Notes: generated by a model not told the origin, from the sequence alone. DNA of 64,000 nt from Chlorobiota bacterium (GCA_013153865.1 JAADDR010000096.1:3729-67728); one strand, 5' to 3'; numbered from the stretch's first letter, positions 44,598 through 55,140 are shown. Made by a program: numbers and translations.

Positions 44598-47500
44598 TCA
44601 AACAATCTCGTCTTTTAAAGCATTTGCCAATATATCAACCGGATGCAGCGCATCTTTGTCCGTTTCGTTATTTATACGGCATCGGCAACTTGTTCCGGGT
44701 GCCGCAATCAACACATCTTTTTTACTCGCCCGAATCGCCGGAAGCAAAGTTAATTCTCCTATTTTCATCGAAAGCTCGTAATGCTCTTTTTCGTAACCGA
44801 AACTTCCTGCCATACCGCAACAACCCGACGGAATTTCTTCAACGGTATAGTTTTCCGGAAAAGAAAGAATGAATTTTGTCGCATCAGTAGAGGCAACAGC
44901 TTTTTGCCGGCAATGCCCGTGAAGTTTTACATGCTTTTCATCCTTTGTAAAAGAAGTCTTTTTTATATTTCCCGACCTCATCTCCGATGCCAAAAACTCG
45001 TCAATCATCAAACAATTATCGGATAATTTCAATACTGTTTCTTTTTCTTTCTTATCCTTAAAAAAATCCGGATATTCATCTCTGAAAGTCAATATTGTTG
45101 AAGGTTCAATTCCCAGAAGCGGTGTTTCGTCGGAAATAAGGTCTTTCAAAACGGCAATGTTTTTTTGAGCGATTCTTTTTGCTTTTCGCAGTAACCCTTT
45201 CGAAATATAAGTTCTTCCGCTTTCCGAAATATCGGGTATTACAACTTCGTAACCCAAAGTATTTAAAAGTTTTATTGCTTTAATTCCGATATCCGCATCA
45301 TTATAATCGGTAAATTCGTCGGCAAAAAAATAAACCTTCCTTTTGTAATTTGTTTTTTGAAGTTTTCGAAATTGCTTTTTCAATGTTTTTTTCGACAACA
45401 AAGGAATTTTCGTTTCGACGGAAAATCCGATAATTTTCATTACCGGAACATAAAACAACTTACTGCTTAAAAAGAAATTGCTTATTGCCGGAGCAACCGA
45501 AAGCAGCCGGTTTATTTTTGTTATATTCGCTATTAAGCGGGTTCTGAAAGGAATACCGTTTTTATCGTAATAATGTTGTAAAAATTCGGCTTTTAATTTT
45601 GCGACATCCACACCCGAAGGACACTCGCTTTTACATGCTTTGCACGACAGACACAAATCCAAGATATTATACAAATCTTTATTTTCAAAAGGTTCGGATT
45701 CGTTTGTAATAACTTCCCGCAGCATATTTGCTCTTGCCCGCGTACTGTTTCTTTCGTCTCTGCTTGCCCTGTAAGAAGGGCACATTGTGCCGCCTGCGGC
45801 AACCGTTCTTATGCAATCTCCCGAACCGTTGCATTTTTCGGCGGAACGCAAATAACCTCCTTCCTCCGAAAAATCAAAAATTGTTTCAATTTCTTTTGTT
45901 TCCCTGCCCGGAGTATATCTCAAAAATTCGTTCATGGGCGGAGTATCGATAATTTTACCCGGATTAAAAATATTTTCGGGGTCAAAAACAAATTTTATTT
46001 CCTTAAAAACATTATAAATCTTTTCCCCGTACATCAGCGGAATAAATTCGCCCCGCAGTCTGCCGTCGCCGTGTTCTCCGCTCAACGAACCTCCGAATTT
46101 TTTTACGAGTTTTGCCGTTTCGTAAGCAACGGTTTTAAAAAGCTCCGCATCTTTTTTGTTCTTTAAATTTAAAACAGGTCGTAAATGCAGTTCGCCGGTT
46201 GCAATATGTGCGTGATAAACACAATCGAGCTTATATTTTTTAAGAATTTGGCGAAATTCGGAGATATATGCCGGTAATTTGTCAACCCTTACTGCCGTAT
46301 CCTCAACCAAACTTACCGGACGTGCATCACCCGGCATATTCGAAAGAACTCCCAAACCCGCACGCCGCAAATCCCAAACTTTTTTAATATCATCATCCCA
46401 AACAACCGAAAAATGATAACCGTATCCGGCATCTCTCATCTCATTTTCCATATCCTCGGCAATTCGCAAGATCTCCTCTTTTGTTTCTCTCGCAAACTCA
46501 ATCATCAAAATCGCTTCCGGTTCTCCTTCAATAAAAAAACGGTTTTTTTCAAGACCTTTTGTTTTTTTTGTTAAATCAAGAATACTTTTATCCGTTAATT
46601 CAACAGCTCCGGGACTGTATTTTAAAGCAATAAGATTAGCGTAAAAAGCATCTTCGAGTTTATCGAAATGAGGAATTACAAGAGCTTTTTCTTTCGGCGG
46701 CAGATTTACCGTTTTTAATGTTATTTCCGTTATAAATGCCAAAGTTCCTTCGGAACCCGCAAGAAGTTTGCAAAAATTAAACTTATTTTCGCTTTCGGTA
46801 AATACATCGCAGTCAAGAAGCAAATCAAGAGCATATCCGGTATTTCGTCTCGGAATTTCCTTGTCGGGATATTGTTTTTCTGTTTCTTTTTGTATTTCTT
46901 TATCGGAAAGTATTTCGTATATTTTTCGGTAAATTTTTCCTTCGAGAGTTTTAAGTTTCAATTTTTCATAAAATTCCTTCCTGTCAAGTTCTCCGAAAAC
47001 AACTTCCGAACCGTCGGATAAAATTGCTTTTATCGAATGAATATAATCTCTTGTACTACCGTAAATTACCGAATGCAATCCGCAGGCATTGTTTCCGGTC
47101 ATTCCGCCTATGGTGCATCTGTTTGCCGATGATGTTTCCGGTCCGAAAAATAAACCGTAAGATTTTAAATAATTATTAAGATCAGTTAAAATAACCCCGG
47201 GCTGCACCGTTACAAGTTTATTTTCTGCATCAAGTTGCAAAATTTTGTTTATATATCTCGATACATCAACAATAATTCCTTTTCCGGTTACTTGCCCGGC
47301 GAGCGAAGTCCCCGCTCCTCTCGGGATAATGCTCATGAAATCTTTTACACCCGGCGTATTGCCCGAACTGACTCTGCGATTATTGACAAAAGCAATTATC
47401 TTCTTTATATCTTCCGTATCTTTCGGAAAAGCAACGGCAAAAGGTTCTTCCTTGTAAGCAGATGCATCGGTGGAATATATCGTGCGGTGTGTTTTATCCG

Positions 47501-47603
47501 AAAATATCTCGCCTTTAAGATTATTCGGGATACTGCTTTGAGCCGCACCCCGAATTTTATTTGTCTTTTCATTCTTAAATAATCTCGACATATTTTTTCG
47601 CAA
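44598..47603 (-). CDS. FAD-binding oxidase fused to 4Fe-4S and CCG domains (YdiJ-like D-2-hydroxyacid dehydrogenase)
   Basis: 1001 aa. RGAGTSLAGQ (FAD_binding_4), CLSCKACKSECPSGVD ferredoxin motif, C-terminal CCGMAGSFG cysteine-rich domain. Confidence 0.85.
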   Translation of the reverse strand: MRKNMSRLFKNEKTNKIRGAAQSSIPNNLKGEIFSDKTHRTIYSTDASAYKEEPFAVAFPKDTEDIKKIIAFVNNRRVSSGNTPGVKDFMSIIPRGAGTSLAGQVTGKGIIVDVSRYINKILQLDAENKLVTVQPGVILTDLNNYLKSYGLFFGPETSSANRCTIGGMTGNNACGLHSVIYGSTRDYIHSIKAILSDGSEVVFGELDRKEFYEKLKLKTLEGKIYRKIYEILSDKEIQKETEKQYPDKEIPRRNTGYALDLLLDCDVFTESENKFNFCKLLAGSEGTLAFITEITLKTVNLPPKEKALVIPHFDKLEDAFYANLIALKYSPGAVELTDKSILDLTKKTKGLEKNRFFIEGEPEAILMIEFARETKEEILRIAEDMENEMRDAGYGYHFSVVWDDDIKKVWDLRRAGLGVLSNMPGDARPVSLVEDTAVRVDKLPAYISEFRQILKKYKLDCVYHAHIATGELHLRPVLNLKNKKDAELFKTVAYETAKLVKKFGGSLSGEHGDGRLRGEFIPLMYGEKIYNVFKEIKFVFDPENIFNPGKIIDTPPMNEFLRYTPGRETKEIETIFDFSEEGGYLRSAEKCNGSGDCIRTVAAGGTMCPSYRASRDERNSTRARANMLREVITNESEPFENKDLYNILDLCLSCKACKSECPSGVDVAKLKAEFLQHYYDKNGIPFRTRLIANITKINRLLSVAPAISNFFLSSKLFYVPVMKIIGFSVETKIPLLSKKTLKKQFRKLQKTNYKRKVYFFADEFTDYNDADIGIKAIKLLNTLGYEVVIPDISESGRTYISKGLLRKAKRIAQKNIAVLKDLISDETPLLGIEPSTILTFRDEYPDFFKDKKEKETVLKLSDNCLMIDEFLASEMRSGNIKKTSFTKDEKHVKLHGHCRQKAVASTDATKFILSFPENYTVEEIPSGCCGMAGSFGYEKEHYELSMKIGELTLLPAIRASKKDVLIAAPGTSCRCRINNETDKDALHPVDILANALKDEIV

Positions 47604-47843
47604 CTTCTTTATTAACTTATTATGTTCCCTAACCCGATTATTTGTTAATAATTGAGGTTAAAGTTGTAACCGTAGCCGCAAGCGAGTATTTTCGACGACG
47701 AGTAAAAGAAAAAGAAACAGAATATCGGACTAAAAAATATGTCATTTCGGTATTATTACTCCACCTATTTTAAAAACTAAGATGTCAACCCAAAAGTCTG
47801 TTTTATTATGCCGAATTTGTTTCGCCTGCAAAACAAATAAGCA

Positions 47844-47999
47844 TCAACCTGTCAACGAGTTTCCGGTTTTAACCGTATTATCCGTTTGTCCCCAAGTAGG
47901 ACAAGGAACAACTCCTTTTTTTTTGGTATAACAACTTCCGAAAAGCAATAATGACGCAAAAAATAAACCCGTAATAATTATTCGTTTTTTTATTTTCAT
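47844..47999 (-). CDS. Small putative lipoprotein (51 aa), below the ORF-track cutoff
   Basis: Hand translation: MKIKKRIIITGLFFASLLLFGSCYTKKKGVVPCPTWGQTDNTVKTGNSLTG. It has a lipobox-like LLFGSC. Confidence 0.4.
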   Translation of the reverse strand: MKIKKRIIITGLFFASLLLFGSCYTKKKGVVPCPTWGQTDNTVKTGNSLTG

Positions 48000-48144
48000 A
48001 ATATTGTTTGTTTGTAAATTTATTTACCGAATCCTTGATATTTTAAAGCTTTCGATATTTAATAACATCAAAATTAACTATATTTTTTTAATAAAAACGA
48101 AAAAGACTTTTATTAATTATTTTTGTTCAAATCAACTTTATATA

Positions 48145-48152
48145 TATATTTG
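48145..48152 (+). promoter_or_regulatory. TAnnTTTG -7 box upstream of sufB
   Basis: tatatttg lies 42 nt upstream of the ATG at 48194. Confidence 0.4.
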
Positions 48153-48193
48153 CACTCTATTTAGAATTAATCTAAATAATAATAACGATTATT

Positions 48194-49639
48194 ATGAGTA
48201 AAGACGATAAAATATTAAAAGACCTCGAAAGTAAAGAATACGAAGCCGGATTTGTTACCGATATCGAAACGGAAGTATTCCCGAAAGGACTTAACGAAGA
48301 CATAATAAAAGCTCTTTCGAGAAAAAAAGAAGAACCGGAATTTATGCTCGATTTCAGACTTAAAGCATTCAGATACTGGAAAGAGCAAGAAGAACCCGAC
48401 TGGGCTTTACTGAAATACGAAAAACCGGAATTCCAAAACATAAGCTATTATGCGGCTCCGAAAAATAAACCCAAATACAACAGTCTCGACGAAGTAGATC
48501 CGGAAATTATAGATACCTTCAACAAACTCGGAGTTCCTCTCGAAGAACAAAAAGTTCTTGCCGGAGTTGCCGTTGACGTTGTAATGGACAGTGTATCGGT
48601 TCATACAACTTTCCAAAAAACACTGGAAGACTTAGGGATTATTTTTTGCTCTATAAGCGAAGCAATAAGAGAGCATCCCGAACTTATTAAAAAATATCTG
48701 GCAAGTGTTGTTCCTTACAGAGATAATTTTTACGCCGCTCTAAATTCGGCGGTTTTTACCGACGGCTCTTTTGCATATATACCGAAAGGTGTAAGATGCC
48801 CGGTTGAATTATCCACGTATTTTCGTATAAACCAAGCAAATACCGGACAATTCGAAAGAACTCTGGTAATAGCCGATGAAGGTTCTTACGTAAGCTATCT
48901 CGAAGGATGTACGGCTCCGCAAAGAGACGAAAATCAACTTCATGCCGCGGTAGTGGAACTCATAGCTCTGAAAGATGCCGAAATAAAATATTCCACCGTT
49001 CAAAACTGGTATCCCGGAGACAAAAACGGAAAAGGAGGAATTTATAATTTCGTTACAAAAAGAGGTATTTGCAAAGGCGATAATTCAAAAATATCTTGGA
49101 CACAAGTGGAAACAGGATCTGCCGTAACATGGAAATATCCGAGCACAATACTTAAAGGCAATAACTCCGTAAGCGAATTTTATTCAGTTGCCGTTACAAA
49201 TAATTACCAGCAGGCAGATACCGGAACAAAAATGATTCACGTAGGAAAAAACACTAAAAGCACAATAATATCCAAAGGAATTTCACTCGGCAAAAGCAAT
49301 AACACGTATCGAGGTTTGGTCGATATTAAAAAATCGGCAACCGGCGCACGAAATTATTCGCAATGCGACTCTTTACTGATAGGAGATAAATGCGGTGCTC
49401 ATACTTTTCCGTATATAGATGTTGATAATTCTTCGGCAATTGTCGAACACGAAGCAACAACATCAAAAATTGCCGAAGACCAAATTTTCTACTGCAACCA
49501 AAGAGGATTGGATACCGAAAGTGCGGTAAGTCTTATAGTAAACGGATTTGCAAAAGAAGTACTCAGTAAACTCCCTATGGAATTTGCGGCGGAAGCAAAA
49601 AAACTTTTATCTTTAACTCTGGAAGGAAGTGTAGGTTAA
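48194..49639 (+). CDS. sufB: Fe-S cluster assembly protein SufB
   Basis: 481 aa. [49 protein letters not shown]. Confidence 0.95.
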   Translation: MSKDDKILKDLESKEYEAGFVTDIETEVFPKGLNEDIIKALSRKKEEPEFMLDFRLKAFRYWKEQEEPDWALLKYEKPEFQNISYYAAPKNKPKYNSLDEVDPEIIDTFNKLGVPLEEQKVLAGVAVDVVMDSVSVHTTFQKTLEDLGIIFCSISEAIREHPELIKKYLASVVPYRDNFYAALNSAVFTDGSFAYIPKGVRCPVELSTYFRINQANTGQFERTLVIADEGSYVSYLEGCTAPQRDENQLHAAVVELIALKDAEIKYSTVQNWYPGDKNGKGGIYNFVTKRGICKGDNSKISWTQVETGSAVTWKYPSTILKGNNSVSEFYSVAVTNNYQQADTGTKMIHVGKNTKSTIISKGISLGKSNNTYRGLVDIKKSATGARNYSQCDSLLIGDKCGAHTFPYIDVDNSSAIVEHEATTSKIAEDQIFYCNQRGLDTESAVSLIVNGFAKEVLSKLPMEFAAEAKKLLSLTLEGSVG

Positions 49640-49642
49640 AAT

Positions 49643-50347
49643 ATGAATAAAACAACAGGAATAATAATATTTTTCGTTCTTATATCGTCAGTATTGAATG
49701 CTCAAGACAAAGAACCTTTTGTACCCGAACATTTATTCGGATTTACGGCAGGTATAAACATGACTTCGATATTTCATGAAGAAAACTTAACATATACGGA
49801 TAAAAACGGAAACCTTATAGTTAAAGATAAACTTATTCAAAGATATTCCGGAGGCATTTCATACAAATATATAAGCAGTAAAAACGTAGGAATATTACTG
49901 GAACTTACATATAACCAAAAAGGAGGATACAACGAATTTATGTTTGACCTTAACGGAAATGTTACCGACTCGACTCTTTTTAACCACGAACTCGATTATC
50001 TTGAATTTTCATTCCTCACGGATATAAGAATGGGAAAAAAACACGGAAAAATAAACCTTTATGTCGGTCCTCACATTTCATACCTTCTAAAAGATAAAAT
50101 TATCTTTATGGAAAACACTTACGGACACGAATATGCAGATAAGGCAGACTATAACATTGCAGGCGGAATAAACGGAGGTATAGGATATTCCTACAACTTT
50201 AACAAAGGAGAATTAGAACTAAGATTTATATTCAATCAAGATTTTACGAATATATTTAAAGAAAAAACCGTAAATAATTTTTCGTTCAACGAAAATCAAA
50301 CTCTCTCGTTTACGGTGTCATACTATTATAAAACAATAAAAAAATAA
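49643..50347 (+). CDS. Outer-membrane beta-barrel (porin-family / PorT-like) protein inserted between sufB and sufC
   Basis: 234 aa. Signal peptide, alternating beta-strand pattern, aromatic-rich C-terminal strand LSFTVSYYYK. Confidence 0.6.
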   Translation: MNKTTGIIIFFVLISSVLNAQDKEPFVPEHLFGFTAGINMTSIFHEENLTYTDKNGNLIVKDKLIQRYSGGISYKYISSKNVGILLELTYNQKGGYNEFMFDLNGNVTDSTLFNHELDYLEFSFLTDIRMGKKHGKINLYVGPHISYLLKDKIIFMENTYGHEYADKADYNIAGGINGGIGYSYNFNKGELELRFIFNQDFTNIFKEKTVNNFSFNENQTLSFTVSYYYKTIKK

Positions 50348-50356
50348 ACAAAGATA

Positions 50357-51115
50357 ATGTTAAGCATACAAAATTTAAAAGCGGAAATAGAAGGAAAAGA
50401 AATTCTTAAAGGAATAAATCTCGAAGTAAAACCGGGTGAAGTCCATGCAATTATGGGACCTAACGGTTCAGGGAAAAGTACTTTGGCTTCGGTTTTGGCA
50501 GGAAGAGATATTTTTAAAGTTACCGGAGGTAAAGTAATATTTAAAGGAAAAAACCTCCTCGAACTGAGCCCCGAAGAACGCTCTCGCGAAGGAATATTTT
50601 TAGCATTCCAGTATCCTGTCGAAATACCCGGAGTAAGCATAACCAATTTCATGCGTGCGGCATTAGACCAACACCGCATACACAGAGGTCTCGAACCCAT
50701 GAACGCATCAGAGTTCTTAAGATATATGAAAGAAAAAAAGGCACTCGTAGAACTTGACGCAAAACTCGAAGGACGCTCGGTAAACGTAGGATTTTCGGGA
50801 GGCGAAAAAAAGAAAAACGAAGTTTTTCAAATGGCAATGCTCGAACCCGATTTGGCAATACTCGACGAAACAGATTCCGGACTCGACATAGATGCATTAA
50901 AAGTCGTGGCAAACGGTGTGAACAAACTCAAAACAAAAGACAATGCAACTATCGTAATAACTCATTACCAACGACTTCTCGACTATATAGTGCCGGACAT
51001 AATCCATGTTCTGTATAACGGCAGAATAGTAAAAACAGGAGGTAAAGAATTGGCTTTGGAACTCGAAAAACACGGATACGACGAAATAAAAAAACAAGCC
51101 GACAAAATGTTTTAA
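50357..51115 (+). CDS. sufC: Fe-S cluster assembly ATPase SufC
   Basis: 252 aa. GPNGSGKST (Walker A), FSGGEKKKNE (signature), AILDETDSGLD (Walker B). Confidence 0.95.
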   Translation: MLSIQNLKAEIEGKEILKGINLEVKPGEVHAIMGPNGSGKSTLASVLAGRDIFKVTGGKVIFKGKNLLELSPEERSREGIFLAFQYPVEIPGVSITNFMRAALDQHRIHRGLEPMNASEFLRYMKEKKALVELDAKLEGRSVNVGFSGGEKKKNEVFQMAMLEPDLAILDETDSGLDIDALKVVANGVNKLKTKDNATIVITHYQRLLDYIVPDIIHVLYNGRIVKTGGKELALELEKHGYDEIKKQADKMF

Positions 51116-51124
51116 TACAAAAAA

Positions 51125-52462
51125 ATGAAAGACACAAAAAACGAAAATATTATATTCGCCGATTTATATAAAAACGAAACCGATTTTCTTATTAAGGAAA
51201 CCGAAAAGAAAAAATACGTCGAAGAATTTCTAAAAAGCAAAATACCGGACGGAAAAAAAGAAAACTGGAGAAAATTCAACTCAAAACCGATATTCCGGCA
51301 CAAATACAAACTCGGAAAAAAAGCGGAGCTCGATTTTAACACGATAAAATCAATGTCTTTTTTTAATCCCGACGCAAACAGAATTGTCCTCATAAACGGA
51401 TTCTTCAACGAAAAACTTTCATTTCGCAAAAATGAAGAAATTATACTGACATCAACAAAAAAAGCAAAAATCGAATATCCGGAAATCTTTTACTCTCATT
51501 TCCGAAAAATAAAAAACAACGACAAAACTTTTTTTGATGCTCTTAACGAATCATTCTCGCAAGACGGAGCATTTATTTTTGTGCCGGACAATATTTCCGT
51601 CAAAGAACCGATTCACATACTGCATTTTATAATAAGCAGCAACGGAAACATATTTTCCCAAACCGAAAATATAATAATTGCGGGAAAAAATTCGTCTTTA
51701 AAAATAATACACTCATATCACTCCCTTTCCCGCGATTTTTCTTTCAACAACGGAAGAACCGACATTTTTGCCGGCAAAAACTCCGCAACGGAATACTATA
51801 TCTTTGAAGGCGAAGGCGATACAGCTGCACATATAAATAACATTAACACAGAACAAGAGAAAAACAGTTACCTCAAATCAAATATCGTAACATTCTGCGG
51901 CTCGACGGTAAGAAACAATTTCAAAATAAAACTTAACGAAGAACACGCAAAAACAGAAATCGAAGGAATATACATGCCCGATAAAGAACAATATATCGAC
52001 AACTTTGTTGAAATCTCACACCTCAAATCCAACTGCGAAAGCAAACAACTTTTCAAAGGCGTTATCGATAACAGAGCAATATCGGTATTTACCGGAAAAG
52101 TTTACGTGGCACCCGGAGCTCAAAAAACAAACTCCGAACAATCAAACAAAAACCTGCTTCTGACAGATTATGCAAAAGCATACAGCCGTCCGCAACTCGA
52201 AATTTACGCCGACGACGTTGCTTGCTCGCACGGTTCCACAACCGGACAACTCGACGACGAAGCATTATTTTACATGAGAACAAGAGGAATACCCGAAAAA
52301 CAAGCCAAAACAATGCTTACATCGGCATTTCTTAAAGACATAATCGAGAACATTTCGACAGAATCATACAAAGATTACGTAAATTTCCTGATAAACGGAA
52401 GATTAAAAGGACAAAATCCGGAAACATTATGCTCGGTAAAATTATGTCCGAGTTGCACATAA
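51125..52462 (+). CDS. sufD: Fe-S cluster assembly protein SufD
   Basis: 445 aa of the SufB/D family. The C-terminal region has QLEIYADDVACSHGSTTGQLDDEALFYMRTRGI. Confidence 0.88.
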   Translation: MKDTKNENIIFADLYKNETDFLIKETEKKKYVEEFLKSKIPDGKKENWRKFNSKPIFRHKYKLGKKAELDFNTIKSMSFFNPDANRIVLINGFFNEKLSFRKNEEIILTSTKKAKIEYPEIFYSHFRKIKNNDKTFFDALNESFSQDGAFIFVPDNISVKEPIHILHFIISSNGNIFSQTENIIIAGKNSSLKIIHSYHSLSRDFSFNNGRTDIFAGKNSATEYYIFEGEGDTAAHINNINTEQEKNSYLKSNIVTFCGSTVRNNFKIKLNEEHAKTEIEGIYMPDKEQYIDNFVEISHLKSNCESKQLFKGVIDNRAISVFTGKVYVAPGAQKTNSEQSNKNLLLTDYAKAYSRPQLEIYADDVACSHGSTTGQLDDEALFYMRTRGIPEKQAKTMLTSAFLKDIIENISTESYKDYVNFLINGRLKGQNPETLCSVKLCPSCT

Positions 52463-52472
52463 ACAAAATAAA

Positions 52473-53690
52473 ATGTTTGATATTGAAAAAATAAGACGAC
52501 AATTTCCGATACTTACGCAAAAAGTAAACGGCAAACCGCTTGTCTATCTCGATAACGGAGCCACAACACAAAAACCGCGGCAAGTTATCGACATTGTAAA
52601 CAAGATGTATTCCGAATACAACTCAAACATACACAGAGGAGTACATTATTTAAGTGCAAAATCAACCGAACTTTACGAAAACGCAAGAGAAACCGTCCGT
52701 AAATTCATTAATGCCGAAACTCCGGAAGAAATTATTTTCACAAAAGGAACAACAGACGCAATAAATCTTGCGGCTTTCTCTTTCGGAGAAAAATACATAA
52801 AAGAAAACGACGAAATAATAGTCGGACTTACCGAACATCACTCGAACATCGTGCCTTGGCAAATGCTGTGCAAACGAAAAAAAGCAAAACTGAAAGTAAT
52901 CCCCGCAGACGAAAACGGAGAACTTAAATTCGAAGAATTTAAAAAACTTCTCGGCAAAAAAACAAAACTTGTCGCCTTTGCACATGTCGCAAACTCAACC
53001 GGAATTATTAATCCTGTCGAAAAAATTATTGAAGAAACACGCAAAACAGAAGCAAAAATCCTTATCGACGGCGCCCAAGCAATACAACACAAAAAAATTG
53101 ACGTCAAAACACTCGACTGCGATTTCTACGCATTCTCCGGACATAAAATATATGCAGAAACAGGCATTGGCGTTTTATACGGAAAAAAAGAACTTCTCGA
53201 AACAATGCCCCCGTATCAGGGAGGAGGCGATATGATAAAATCCGTAAGCTTCGAAAAAACCGAATATGCCGATTTACCCCTTAAATTCGAAGCCGGAACA
53301 TCAAACTACGTCGCTGCCGTAAGTCTGGCCGAAGCCCTTAACTTCGTTAATTCAACCGGTATCGAAAACATCGAAAAACACGAATCCGAACTGCTCGCTT
53401 ACGCCGAAGAAAAACTCTCTTCGATAAACGGACTGAAAATTTTCGGCAAATCCCGAAACAAAACTTCCGCTGTTTCGTTTAACATAAAAAATACACATTT
53501 TTACGACATCGGCATGATTTTGGATAAACTCGGTACAGCCGTCAGAACCGGAACACATTGTGCCGAACCGACAATGAAACATTTCGGAATTACCGGAACC
53601 GTAAGAGCAAGTTTTGCCGTTTACAATACATTCGACGAAATTGACAAACTTTACGAAGGAATTATAAAAGCACAAAAAATGCTTTCTTAA
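52473..53690 (+). CDS. sufS: Cysteine desulfurase SufS (group II)
   Basis: 405 aa. NIHRGVH, FSGHKIY (PLP Lys), RTGTHCAEP (catalytic Cys). Confidence 0.93.
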   Translation: MFDIEKIRRQFPILTQKVNGKPLVYLDNGATTQKPRQVIDIVNKMYSEYNSNIHRGVHYLSAKSTELYENARETVRKFINAETPEEIIFTKGTTDAINLAAFSFGEKYIKENDEIIVGLTEHHSNIVPWQMLCKRKKAKLKVIPADENGELKFEEFKKLLGKKTKLVAFAHVANSTGIINPVEKIIEETRKTEAKILIDGAQAIQHKKIDVKTLDCDFYAFSGHKIYAETGIGVLYGKKELLETMPPYQGGGDMIKSVSFEKTEYADLPLKFEAGTSNYVAAVSLAEALNFVNSTGIENIEKHESELLAYAEEKLSSINGLKIFGKSRNKTSAVSFNIKNTHFYDIGMILDKLGTAVRTGTHCAEPTMKHFGITGTVRASFAVYNTFDEIDKLYEGIIKAQKMLS

Positions 53691-53700
53691 AAAAAACATT

Positions 53701-54126
53701 ATGACAACAGAAGAAATACAAAACGAAATTATTGAAGAATTTTCCGTATTCGACGATTGGATGGATAAATACGAATATCTCATAGAAATCGGAAATACCT
53801 TGCAACCGTATAACGAAAAAAACAAAACACCCTCAAACCTGATACAAGGATGCCAATCGAGAGTATGGCTCGATGCCGAATACAAAGACGGCAAAATTTA
53901 TTTTACCGCCGACAGCGACGCAATAATAACAAAAGGAATAATAGCTTTGCTGATAAAAGTATTATCCGGCAAAACCCCCGACGAAATACTTAAAACCGAC
54001 CTGTTTTTTATCGATAAAATCGGACTTAAAGAAAACCTGTCGCCGACAAGAGCAAACGGATTAATATCAATGATAAAAAACATGAAAGCATACGCAACCG
54101 CATTTAAAGCAAAATACGAACAATAA
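53701..54126 (+). CDS. sufE: Sulfur acceptor SufE
   Basis: 141 aa. IQGCQSRVWL active-site Cys context. Confidence 0.88.
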   Translation: MTTEEIQNEIIEEFSVFDDWMDKYEYLIEIGNTLQPYNEKNKTPSNLIQGCQSRVWLDAEYKDGKIYFTADSDAIITKGIIALLIKVLSGKTPDEILKTDLFFIDKIGLKENLSPTRANGLISMIKNMKAYATAFKAKYEQ

Positions 54127-54184
54127 AAACCTAAACCGAAATACCGAATTTTAATTTTTTTTACAAACTCTAAAATTTTTTATT

Positions 54185-54727
54185 ATGAAAAAAATCGCAG
54201 CTTATTTTATGATTTTGTCGGCACTTACATTATTTGCATGCGCCGACGGTAAACTTTTTTCGTTTTACGTAAACGACAGTACAACGGTTACCGTAAACGG
54301 AAGCATTGCTCCCGTTGACGTTCCCGTTGATATAGCCACGCCGGATATTACAACAAGCTCCGAAAGCGAATTCGAAGACAACGGAACATCCGTTAATCTG
54401 GTAAAAGAAATAGTATTAAAAGAACTGGTACTTACCATAACTTCTCCCGACGGTGAAGATTTTTCATTTCTGAAAAACATACATATTTACATAAGTACCG
54501 ACGAAGACGACAGCGACGACGAAACGGAAATTGCATGGCTCGACGATATCAGCAGCGATGCAACATCCATAAGTCTTAACGTTGCCGGCGACGACGTTCC
54601 TTTAGACAAATACGTAAAACAAGACTCTTACAGCATTCGAACGGAAGTAACCACAAGAGAAACTCTGAACCACGACGTCGATATACAAATAGACATGAAA
54701 TTCAGAGTTACAGCAGACCCGCTGTAA
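54185..54727 (+). CDS. Hypothetical acidic lipoprotein
   Basis: 180 aa. Lipobox LTLFAC. Asp/Glu-rich (TDEDDSDDETE). No family recognised. Confidence 0.6.
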   Translation: MKKIAAYFMILSALTLFACADGKLFSFYVNDSTTVTVNGSIAPVDVPVDIATPDITTSSESEFEDNGTSVNLVKEIVLKELVLTITSPDGEDFSFLKNIHIYISTDEDDSDDETEIAWLDDISSDATSISLNVAGDDVPLDKYVKQDSYSIRTEVTTRETLNHDVDIQIDMKFRVTADPL

Positions 54728-54807
54728 AACTCAAAAAACAAGAACAAATGCCGGCAATAATACCGTCAAAAAGTATTTGCCGGCTTCTTAATCATAACAA
54801 AAAAATA

Positions 54808-55125
54808 ATGGAAGAAGACATACTGCAACTGGAAAAAGAAATTTACGAAACGCTTAAAACCGTTTACGACCCCGAAATACCCGTAAACATATATGATTTG
54901 GGGCTTATTTACGATATCGACATCGACGACTACAACAACGTAGAAATAACAATGACACTTACGGCTCCGAATTGCCCGGTTGCCGATAACATCGTAATAG
55001 AAGTAAAAGAAAAAGTATCGGCAATAAAAGGCACCGAAAAAGTTATCGTAAACCTGACATTCGACCCGCCGTGGGACAAATCGATGATGAGCGAACAAGC
55101 TATGCTCGAACTCGGATTTCTGTAA
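54808..55125 (+). CDS. DUF59 / SufT-like Fe-S assembly protein
   Basis: LKTVYDPEIPVNIYDLGLIYDI...TLTAPNCP is typical of DUF59. Start chosen at Met 54808 rather than 54748. Confidence 0.8.
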   Translation: MEEDILQLEKEIYETLKTVYDPEIPVNIYDLGLIYDIDIDDYNNVEITMTLTAPNCPVADNIVIEVKEKVSAIKGTEKVIVNLTFDPPWDKSMMSEQAMLELGFL

Positions 55126-55140
55126 AAGAACTCTGATTCT

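Noticed and set aside
44544-47692. Near-identical 18-19-nt direct repeats, agccggaagcgagtattt (44544-44561) and agccgcaagcgagtatttt (47674-47692). They flank the 3-kb YdiJ-like gene and were considered as insertion boundaries.
   Set aside because: My rough estimate is that one or two such 19-mers with one mismatch are expected by chance among all position pairs in a 64-kb window. There is no transposase or integrase, no target-site duplication and no compositional break. The shared GCCGCAAGC core also occurs in the 6.7-kb palindromes, so a weak link to that repeat family cannot be excluded.
53352-53894. 180-aa minus-strand ORF spanning the sufS/sufE junction.
   Set aside because: It crosses two well-supported plus-strand genes and their intergenic gap. 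It is a shadow ORF.
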